Assembly (NCBI GenBank): GCA_016204645.1
Contig: JACQKI010000015.1
Span: 1 to 32,007, forward strand
Direction of reading: 5' to 3'
DNA length: 32,007 bases
From: Candidatus Kerfeldbacteria bacterium
GTDB lineage: Bacteria > Patescibacteriota > Patescibacteriia > SBBC01
Part shown: positions 1-6,854 of the stretch, one piece after another
How the letters are laid out: each line of letters begins with the position of its first letter
Numbering within the stretch: position 1 is the first letter of the stretch
Notes under the pieces: model-generated
The model's database searches: none
The model's input: the letters and a program-made list of their open reading frames with translations, nothing else
What the model was told of the DNA's origin: nothing
Program-made: the position numbers and the translations under genes

Positions 1-782
1 CCCTACATCTGGCACGCAGCTTCATCCGAGTCAGTGCGATTGACCAGTTGGCTCATCCCAAGAGTTTCTGGTTTGCGATCGTCAGCAAAATGTTGCGCGT
101 CGTCATCGTGCTGATTTTCTTCCAGGCAGTGTTTCTTCACGTTAATCAGATTGGCAGCTGGCACCGTGACGATATTCTCGTGTTACTCGCTGTCTACTTC
201 ACCATTGAATCACTGATCATCATCACCTTCCACCGCAATCTAGCGTACTATTTTCCAAGTTACGTACGTAAGGGGTCGTTTGACCACTACTTAACCAAGC
301 CGATTCCAGTCTTGCCGCACGTCGCCTTCCGAGTCGTCGATTTGATGGATACCATCTCGACCTTGCCGGTTGGCGTACTCTGGGCCTACCTCCTGGCGAC
401 GGGCACGGTGCACCTAACGGTCGCCAGTTCTACGCTCTTTGTACTCTCCGGCCTGTTGGCCATTGTCTTTACCTTCGGCCTGAGCACGATCGTGGCGGCC
501 ATATCGTTTTGGTCAATCAGCCAGACCGGACTCGGTCGTCTCTACGAGCAGCTCTTCCGGACTGGCCGTTACCCGACCGACGCCTTGGGATCTTCGCAGG
601 GATTCTTATTCACCTACATCCTACCGTTCATTACAGTCGGTACGCTCCCGGCTTCAGCCCTCAACCATTTGATTGAACCAACCACCTTAGCAGGTGTGGC
701 GCTTTCGGTTTTGGTGTTTGCACTGCTGGCCCGGATGCTGTGGCGTCGCGGATTGCGACGCTATTCCTCGGCTAGTTCCTAG
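1..782 (+). CDS. ABC-2 family transporter permease, 5-prime end cut by the window edge (paralogue of 3242..4030)
   Basis: The frame is open from nt 3 to TAG 780-782, and the track ORF 48..782 begins at an internal TTG. The protein is hydrophobic and multi-TM. Its C-terminus LWRRGLRRYSSASS closely matches LWNVGLRRYSSASS of the 3242..4030 product. The N-terminal residues align from about residue 10 of that paralogue, so only about 10 codons are missing. Confidence 0.8.
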   Translation, partial: LHLARSFIRVSAIDQLAHPKSFWFAIVSKMLRVVIVLIFFQAVFLHVNQIGSWHRDDILVLLAVYFTIESLIIITFHRNLAYYFPSYVRKGSFDHYLTKPIPVLPHVAFRVVDLMDTISTLPVGVLWAYLLATGTVHLTVASSTLFVLSGLLAIVFTFGLSTIVAAISFWSISQTGLGRLYEQLFRTGRYPTDALGSSQGFLFTYILPFITVGTLPASALNHLIEPTTLAGVALSVLVFALLARMLWRRGLRRYSSASS

Positions 783-842
783 CGCATCGCCAAGCGCGAA
801 AAAGAATCAGCTCTCAACGACCGGCTGGCAAAATCCGTGTGT

Positions 843-1385
843 CTACGATTTTAGTAAAGCCGAGAACTTTTTTCTGAGCGTAGCTAATTTAGGACTGATG
901 ATTGCCTGGCAGTACGGCTGGTTCGGGTTTTTTGCAAAATAATCTTGGTGGTACTTCTCGGCCGGGTAGAACGTTTCCAGCGGAACAATCGCAGTTGCAA
1001 TTTGATCATCGAATACGCCTGCAGCCTCAATTCGGCCTTTGACCGCGGTGGCGGTTTTCTGCTGGATCTCGTCGTGATAGAAAATCACTGACCGGTACTG
1101 CTCACCGACATCGTTGCCTTGCCGGTCGATCTGCGTTGGGTCATGGGTCAGGAAGAAAACTTCCAGCAGCTGTTCGTACGAGATAACAGCTGGGTCGAAC
1201 GTTAGCTGAATCACCTCAGCGTGGCCGGTGGCGTGGCTACACACCTGCTCGTAGGTCGGGTTCGGTATGTTCCCACCAGCGTATCCAGAGGTGACGTTTG
1301 AAACGCCATGGAGCTGTTTGAAAATAGCTTCGGTGCACCAAAAGCACCCGCCACCAAAAGTTGCCAGATTGGTTAGCGGATCCAT
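843..1385 (-). CDS. msrA: Peptide-methionine (S)-S-oxide reductase MsrA
   Basis: 180 aa with the catalytic GGGCFWCTEAIF motif (GCFWC) near the N-terminus. YHQDY and the length are typical of MsrA. Confidence 0.93.
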   Translation of the reverse strand: MDPLTNLATFGGGCFWCTEAIFKQLHGVSNVTSGYAGGNIPNPTYEQVCSHATGHAEVIQLTFDPAVISYEQLLEVFFLTHDPTQIDRQGNDVGEQYRSVIFYHDEIQQKTATAVKGRIEAAGVFDDQIATAIVPLETFYPAEKYHQDYFAKNPNQPYCQAIISPKLATLRKKFSALLKS

Positions 1386-1391
1386 AGTTTC

Positions 1392-1400
1392 AGTTTAGCA
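1392..1400 (-). promoter_or_regulatory. Candidate extended -10 element (TGcTAAACT on the minus strand) for msrA, leaderless geometry
   Basis: The reverse complement of 1392-1400 reads TGCTAAACT. Exactly 6 nt (1386-1391) separate it from the msrA ATG (1385-1383). No Shine-Dalgarno sequence is present. Confidence 0.4.
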
Positions 1401-1421
1401 CACGAATTTGATCGCGTCATT

Positions 1422-1430
1422 TGCTATACT
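1422..1430 (+). promoter_or_regulatory. Candidate extended -10 element (TGcTATACT) for gpsA, leaderless geometry
   Basis: TGCTATACT lies at 1422-1430. Exactly 6 nt (1431-1436) separate it from the ATG at 1437. No Shine-Dalgarno sequence is present. Confidence 0.4.
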
Positions 1431-1436
1431 GATTCC

Positions 1437-2390
1437 ATGGATGAACGGGATAAGCCTGGTCAAGTACTCGGTGTCGGTATTGTCGGCTACGGCCGGCTGG
1501 GCCGAGCCTTGCACCGCTTGATTGACCACGGCCGGTCCCGGGCAGCCGTCTTAATTTGGAATCGAACCCGCATCAATGTCCCGGGCTGGACATCGATTCA
1601 TCAATTAGCGCAGCAAGCCGAAGTGATTCTGTTGTGCATTCCATCTTTTGCTCTGCGCCAGCTGTTGGAAACGCTCAAACCCGCACTTCGGTCATCAACC
1701 GTGTTGGTCAGCTTTGCCAAAGGTATTGAGCATACCAGCGGTCAGACCGTTGATCAGGTCTTCGCGACGGTCGTACCAACCCAGCCGTTCGCCCTGGTCG
1801 GCGGTCCGATGCTGGCCGAGGAACTGGTTGCCGGACGGCAGGGGATTGCGGTCGTCGGCACACACGACCCTACGATCTATCTCAAACTGGTCTACTTGTT
1901 CGACGGGACTGAGCTGCTGCTCGAGCCATCAGGCGACCCACGCGCGGTCAGCCTGGCCGGAGTCCTAAAGAACGTCTATGCGCTGGCCGTCGGCATCAGC
2001 TACGGCGTCGGCTGCCAGCCGGGCGAGTGCCAAAATTTTCGGCAGCGGGCCTTGCAGGAAATGCTGGCAGTCGGCCAGCACCTAAGGTTACCCACGTCCA
2101 CCATTAACGGCCCAGCTGGCGTCGGCGACTTCATGACTACCAGCAGTAGTCCACTGTCCCGCAACCGCCGGGCTGGCGAACGGCTCGGTCAAGACGGCAG
2201 CCTTGACCGTGAAGCCGAATCAATCGCTTCCTTTCCGCACCTGATCGCGCTGGTGGGTGAGCTTGCAGCCTTCCCAATTCTGCGAGCGACGTCGCAAGCC
2301 GTCATGCATGGCCAATCGGTAGGTCGAGCTTTTGCCGCGGTCCTACCTGGAGCCGGCCAAAGCGGCGATAAAAACCCGAGCCGAAGTTGA
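1437..2390 (+). CDS. gpsA: NAD(P)H-dependent glycerol-3-phosphate dehydrogenase (GpsA-like)
   Basis: 317 aa with an N-terminal Rossmann GxGxxG (GIVGYGRLG). It shows FAKGIE, GGPMLAEEL and KNVYALAVGI. GVGDFMTTSSSPLSRNRRAGERLGQ matches the GpsA GDLxxTCxSxxSRNRxxG signature. Confidence 0.75.
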   Translation: MDERDKPGQVLGVGIVGYGRLGRALHRLIDHGRSRAAVLIWNRTRINVPGWTSIHQLAQQAEVILLCIPSFALRQLLETLKPALRSSTVLVSFAKGIEHTSGQTVDQVFATVVPTQPFALVGGPMLAEELVAGRQGIAVVGTHDPTIYLKLVYLFDGTELLLEPSGDPRAVSLAGVLKNVYALAVGISYGVGCQPGECQNFRQRALQEMLAVGQHLRLPTSTINGPAGVGDFMTTSSSPLSRNRRAGERLGQDGSLDREAESIASFPHLIALVGELAAFPILRATSQAVMHGQSVGRAFAAVLPGAGQSGDKNPSRS

Positions 2391-2408
2391 GCACCCAGTC
2401 GTCAGCTC

Positions 2409-2437
2409 TTGCTGCCAGTCGGAAAGTAGGGTAGAGT
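2409..2437 (+). promoter_or_regulatory. Candidate sigma-70-type promoter TTGCTG-N17-TAGAGT, 6 nt upstream of the GTG start at 2444
   Basis: -35 TTGCTG lies at 2409-2414, followed by a 17-nt spacer and -10 TAGAGT at 2432-2437. Six nt then precede GTG 2444. No Shine-Dalgarno sequence is present. Confidence 0.4.
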
Positions 2438-2443
2438 AGTACG

Positions 2444-3238
2444 GTGCGAAAGTACGTCGCGATTTTTCGGACTGCGCTGCAGCAGAGCATAACCTGGCGC
2501 GGGGCGTTCTGGTTCTACATCGCCCTGAACTTTTTGCCATTGCTAGCGTACTACTTCTTGTGGACGTCCATTTTCCAAGACCGGGCTGAAGCCGCCGGTT
2601 TCAGCTACGAGGCATTGCTGACGTACGCGGTCGTAGCTACGGTCTTCGGCCGCTTGACCTGGGCTTCACCCGAGTATGGGGTCATGGAGAACATCCGCGA
2701 AGGCACGCTGGCCAAGTACCTGGTCCAGCCAATGTCATACTTCGGCTACTACCTTACCAGCCGGCTGGCTTTTCGGACCTTTGGCACGCTCATCACGCTG
2801 CCCTTTACCGGTGTGGTAGTGGTGTTGGTTTGGTCACACCTGATGGCACCCCCCGAGGGCTGGCGCTGGTTGGCCGTCATCGCCACGCTACCGATTGCCT
2901 TTGCCCTGCAATTCTTGTTCGGCATGGCCCTCGGGCTACTGTCGTTCTGGATCCTTGAAGCCCGCTACTTCCAGTACTTTAAAGAAACCGCCCTTGACCT
3001 GCTGGTCGGCGCAGTACTGCCATTCAGTTTTTTCCCCACCTACATTCAGGCCATCTTTGAGCTGCTACCGTTCCGCTACATCGCTTCATTTCCAGTTGAG
3101 CTCTACCTCGGCCGACTGCCGACCAACGACGTGATTCTCGGATTTACCATGGCCAGCGCCTGGGTAGTCGGGCTGTTCCTGTTAACCCGTTGGATGTGGC
3201 GCCATGGCTTGCGCCGCTTCGTGGCCTTCGGAAATTAA
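2444..3238 (+). CDS. ABC-2 family transporter permease (first of a heterodimeric pair)
   Basis: 264 aa, about 6 TM segments, GTG start. The C-terminal WRHGLRRF motif is shared with the neighbouring paralogues. It lies directly upstream of a second permease and an ABC ATPase. Confidence 0.8.
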   Translation: MRKYVAIFRTALQQSITWRGAFWFYIALNFLPLLAYYFLWTSIFQDRAEAAGFSYEALLTYAVVATVFGRLTWASPEYGVMENIREGTLAKYLVQPMSYFGYYLTSRLAFRTFGTLITLPFTGVVVVLVWSHLMAPPEGWRWLAVIATLPIAFALQFLFGMALGLLSFWILEARYFQYFKETALDLLVGAVLPFSFFPTYIQAIFELLPFRYIASFPVELYLGRLPTNDVILGFTMASAWVVGLFLLTRWMWRHGLRRFVAFGN

Positions 3239-3241
3239 ACC

Positions 3242-4030
3242 ATGCGCCGCTACCTAAAACTTTTCAGACGATTCGTGAGCACCAGCTTGATCCGTGAAAT
3301 CGAATTCCGCTCGGGTTTCATCGTCCTGCTGTTGAGCGAGTTACTGCAAGATGCGATCACGATAGTCTTTTTCTCGGCCCTGTACGGCTCGGTCGCCACG
3401 GTTCGCGGCTGGTCGTACGCCGAAGCCTTGCTCCTGCTCGGCACGTTCATGCTCATCACCTACCTGACGCATGCCTTATTCTACCGAAACTTTGCCCGGG
3501 TTTCAGAGTACGTCAACCAAGGTCGTCTCGACGTGCTGCTGACCAAACCGGTTGACACGCAATTCATCATGACGCTGCGATACACCGCGGTGGCTGACCT
3601 GTTTAACATCGCGGCCGCCCTAATCGTGGTCGCGTTTGCAGTTAGCCGGCTTGACGTCCCGATCACGTTCGGAGCCGGGCTGGGTTATACCACGCTGGTT
3701 TTACTAGGGGCGGTCATCGTCTACGGAATCTGGTTCGCTATCTCGTTGCTGGCCTTCTGGTTGACCCAGATCGAAGAGATTCAAGAGTTGTGGAACAGCC
3801 TGTTCGACTTTACCCGTTACCCACGGCAAATCTACGAGGGCGGCGTACGGATACTATTCACAGTGGTCGTGCCGATCCTGACCATTGTCGCTTTTCCGGC
3901 TGAATTTTTTCTCGGTCGAATCGGCCCGGCTGCAATCCTCTATAACCTCGGGTTAGCAGTTATGCTCCTCGTTTTGACGCGCTGGCTCTGGAACGTCGGC
4001 CTTCGCCGGTACTCGTCAGCGTCGTCTTGA
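3242..4030 (+). CDS. ABC-2 family transporter permease (second of the pair)
   Basis: 262 aa, multi-TM, starting 3 nt after the preceding stop. It ends LWNVGLRRYSSASS like the partial gene at 1..782. Confidence 0.8.
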   Translation: MRRYLKLFRRFVSTSLIREIEFRSGFIVLLLSELLQDAITIVFFSALYGSVATVRGWSYAEALLLLGTFMLITYLTHALFYRNFARVSEYVNQGRLDVLLTKPVDTQFIMTLRYTAVADLFNIAAALIVVAFAVSRLDVPITFGAGLGYTTLVLLGAVIVYGIWFAISLLAFWLTQIEEIQELWNSLFDFTRYPRQIYEGGVRILFTVVVPILTIVAFPAEFFLGRIGPAAILYNLGLAVMLLVLTRWLWNVGLRRYSSASS

Positions 4031-4062
4031 ACCGTTAAGTACGCTATACTACAGTCTCGCGT

Positions 4063-5049
4063 ATGTCGATCATCGACGTTCAAAACCTCCGAAAAACTTA
4101 CACCTACCACAAGAAGGCGCCGGGTTTGGTCAACTCCATCCGCTCGCTGTTCAAGCGTGAGTCGCTGACCACCGAGGCGGTCAAGGGCATCAGCTTCAGC
4201 GTCGAGGAAGGGGAGCTGGTGGGATTTCTGGGTCCGAACGGCGCCGGCAAAACTACCACGTTGAAAATGCTGGCTGGAATTTTGTACCCGTCTGGCGGGC
4301 AGGCAACGGTGCTGGGTTTCGTACCCTGGGAGCGCCAGGCAGCCTACCAGAAGCAGTTCTCAATCGTGATGGGCCAGAAAAACCAGCTGTGGTGGGATCT
4401 GCCAGCGCACGAGTCGTTCCTGCTGAATAAGGAAATATACGAAATCCCTGACCAGCAGTTTCGGGTTGCGCTCGACGAGCTGACCGAGCTGCTCGACCTC
4501 AAAGACGTGCTCGACGTCCAAGTCCGGAAGCTAAGTCTCGGCCAGCGCATGAAAGCCGAGCTGACAGCCGCGCTCCTGCACCGGCCGAAGGTCTTGTTCC
4601 TGGACGAGCCGACGATCGGGCTGGACGTCGTCTCGCAGCAGAAGATGCGCGAATTCATCAAATCCTACAACGACCGCAAGCAGACTACGATTATGCTGAC
4701 CTCCCACTACATGGAAGACGTCGCGGCACTTGCCAAGCGGGTGATCATCATCGACCAGGGCGCGATTTTCTACGATGGGCCGTTGTCCGGTTTAGTCAGC
4801 AAGTTCCACGATTACAAAATCGTCAACATGACCTTCACCCGGTCGGTTGAACGCCGAACGCTGGCATCGTTCGGCGACGTGATTGAGGTGTCGGGCTTGA
4901 CCGCCAGCTTGCGCGTGCCTCGGACCGAGTCGACCAAGCGCGCAGCCGCCATGCTCCAGCAGCTGCCGATTGACGACATCACCATTGAAGAAGAACCGAT
5001 CGACGACGTCATCCGTCAATTCTTTCTTGAGCGCAGCCGTGCGGCCTAG
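4063..5049 (+). CDS. ABC transporter ATP-binding protein with about 90-aa C-terminal extension
   Basis: Walker A GPNGAGKTT, ABC signature LSLGQRMK, Walker B VLFLDEPT and an H-loop TSH. At 328 aa it is longer than a minimal NBD. Confidence 0.92.
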   Translation: MSIIDVQNLRKTYTYHKKAPGLVNSIRSLFKRESLTTEAVKGISFSVEEGELVGFLGPNGAGKTTTLKMLAGILYPSGGQATVLGFVPWERQAAYQKQFSIVMGQKNQLWWDLPAHESFLLNKEIYEIPDQQFRVALDELTELLDLKDVLDVQVRKLSLGQRMKAELTAALLHRPKVLFLDEPTIGLDVVSQQKMREFIKSYNDRKQTTIMLTSHYMEDVAALAKRVIIIDQGAIFYDGPLSGLVSKFHDYKIVNMTFTRSVERRTLASFGDVIEVSGLTASLRVPRTESTKRAAAMLQQLPIDDITIEEEPIDDVIRQFFLERSRAA

Positions 5050-5907
5050 CATCACCGCCATCGTGGTCAGCTTCAACACGCCGGACGAGCTCCAGCGGTG
5101 CCTCGCCAGCCTGCGGGCCTCGACCGGGGTTGGACTGAAGACAATCGTGGTCGACAACGATTCAGCCTTCGACGTCGCGGCTGTGGTCCAGCGTGCATAC
5201 CCCGACGCCGAGCTGATTCGGAACTCGAGCAACCGCGGATTTGCAGCGGCCGTCAACCAGGGCCTGGCCCGAGCCAGCGAAACAGTCGTGCTCATCAACC
5301 CGGATCTGACCGTTCAACCGGACACCTTAGCCATCTTGTACGACCGCCTGATCGCTCACCCGAACGCCGGCATCGTCGGACCGAAGCTCCGCTACCCTGA
5401 CGGGACGCACCAGCCTTCAGTAAAACGCTTCCCCCGTTGGATCGACTTAGCGTTGACTCTGGCTAAGCTCCCAAACTTTGTTCCCGGACTGAGTCGTCGC
5501 TACCACGCCACAGATACAGACTATGACCGGGAGCAGATGGTCGATCAAGTGATGGGCTCGTGCTTCATGATCCGTCCCCAGACGCTGTACGCAGTCGGAA
5601 GCTTCGACGAAGGTTTTTTTATTTGGTTTGAGGGGTCGATTTTTGCCGGCGAGCCAGGCAGCGCGGCTGGCTGACGCTGTACACGCCGGCTGCAACGGCC
5701 ATACACGTCCGAGGAGCGAGCTTCCGGCCGCAGCCGAGCCGATTCAAGCAGCGTCTGCTACGTCAGAGCATCCGCCACTACTGCCGGAAACATTTTGGCC
5801 TGCTGGCCGAGCTCGGCTTACTCCCGGCCTTGGCCGTCAGCGCCGGCAGCGGACTGCTGATAGACGTGTTCCGGCTCCGGAAACCCCAAGCCGTACGGGA
5901 CTACTAA
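5039..5907 (+). pseudogene. Family 2 glycosyltransferase (COG1216/WbbL-like) interrupted by a 1-nt frameshift in the G4 run at 5632-5635
   Basis: From GTG 5039 the first frame gives ITAIVVSFNTPDEL...VVDNDS...NRGFAAAVN...FDEGFFIWFEG and terminates at 5674. From 5635 the frame one nucleotide back reads VDFCRRARQRGWLTLYTPAATAIHVRGAS... and is open to TAA 5905-5907. The joined product of about 289 aa aligns end to end with the GT2 at 9330..10145 (FFMYFEDVDWCRRFW vs FFIWFEGVDFCRRAR). An assembly or sequencing error cannot be excluded. Confidence 0.7.
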
Positions 5908-6854
5908 TGCCGCATCCGCCGTTCCACTGCCCGAACTGCCACCAGCCACTCTCAACGCACCAGCTCGCCATGACCTGCCGGTCGTGTCGTGCCACGTACC
6001 CTGTCCGTCACGGGATTCCGCAGCTCCTCCACCCGCGGTTCATGGACAGCTTTAAAGAATCCGAGCAGCACTTCCACGACGAGCTGTCGGCTTCGGCCAC
6101 CAACCGATCGATCGCCAGCCGGTCATCGCGTTTCCACAACCGTTTCAAACAGCCGATGATGGAGCTGCCGCTCGGCTCGGCAGTCCTCGAAGTTGCCTGC
6201 GGTACGCGGGTCGACGGCGTGGAAATTGCCGCGGCCGGGCAATCGGCCACCGCGCTCGATATTTCGCCGGACGCGGTCGTCCAGGCCCAGTCGTTGGTCA
6301 GGCAGGTCGGCCTTGAAGGCCGTCTGCGCTTAGCCGTGTCGGACGCCGAGCACCTGCCGTTTTCCGACCGGGTGTTCGACGCGACCTTCGTCGCCGCTTC
6401 CTTCCACCACTTTCCCAACCAACTGTCCGCGCTCTTAGAGATGCGGCGCGTCACCAAGCCGGGCGGCCTCGTCATCTTCGGGGTCGAGCCGCAGGCCTGG
6501 CCGTACCGAACGCTCTACCGCTGGCTAGGGCCGCTCAAGCGGTACATCCGACGCCGCCAGTACCGGATGTACAACTCCGTCGCCGACGATTCGACCGAAG
6601 GGTACACTGAACCGCAACTCCGGGAGCTATTTCGGCGAGCCGATCTTGAAATCCAGGAGGTCTCGCCTGCCAAGCTGCTGAGCGAATGCTACGATTCGAG
6701 CGTCCGGCTACTCCAGCGGCTGCTGCGTCGGCAGCTGCATCCCTGGGCCTGGCTCGACCATCGGTTGGCGGACGTCGACGCTGGCTTGGAGCGCCTGCCC
6801 GGCATCAGCAAACTATTTTGGCACTGGAACGTCATCAGTCGAGTGCCGGTATGA
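5907..6854 (+). CDS. Class I SAM-dependent methyltransferase with N-terminal Trm112-like zinc ribbon
   Basis: ATG 5907 overlaps the TAA of the upstream gene (TAATG). The N-terminus has CPNC-x15-CRSC...YPVRHGIPQLL. Motif I is VLEVACGTRVDG, followed by LDISPD, LPFSDRVFDATFV and PGGLVIFG. The track ORF 5628..6854 has a spurious 5-prime extension. Confidence 0.85.
   Translation: MPHPPFHCPNCHQPLSTHQLAMTCRSCRATYPVRHGIPQLLHPRFMDSFKESEQHFHDELSASATNRSIASRSSRFHNRFKQPMMELPLGSAVLEVACGTRVDGVEIAAAGQSATALDISPDAVVQAQSLVRQVGLEGRLRLAVSDAEHLPFSDRVFDATFVAASFHHFPNQLSALLEMRRVTKPGGLVIFGVEPQAWPYRTLYRWLGPLKRYIRRRQYRMYNSVADDSTEGYTEPQLRELFRRADLEIQEVSPAKLLSECYDSSVRLLQRLLRRQLHPWAWLDHRLADVDAGLERLPGISKLFWHWNVISRVPV

Noticed and set aside
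4045-4050. TATACT hexamer upstream of the ABC ATPase gene as an internal promoter.
   Set aside because: It lies 12 nt from the ATG, unlike the N6 pattern seen elsewhere. The only TTG-containing -35 candidate (4027-4032) leaves a 12-nt spacer. This is probably a chance match within the 32-nt spacer.
5630-5640. Programmed -1 ribosomal frameshifting as the explanation for the split GT2.
   Set aside because: No X_XXY_YYZ slippery heptamer is present (the context is T_TTG_AGG_GGT), and I saw no obvious downstream stem-loop or pseudoknot. An indel in the G run is the simpler explanation.
5628-5906. N-terminal 93 codons of the 408-aa track ORF 5628..6854, which suggest a much larger methyltransferase.
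   Set aside because: This stretch is Arg/Pro/Ala-rich nonsense in that frame. A different frame of the same DNA encodes the conserved C-terminal third of the GT2. The methyltransferase begins at ATG 5907, with its Zn ribbon immediately downstream.
6686-6850. 5-prime over-extensions of track ORFs: 6686..6850, 9207..9329, 12999..13076, 27990..28061 and 28981..29079.
   Set aside because: Each extension overlaps the well-supported 3-prime end of the upstream gene. Each ends at an ATG that gives a start/stop overlap or a 2-13 nt gap, followed by a sensible N-terminus such as a signal or TM segment or a GT motif.
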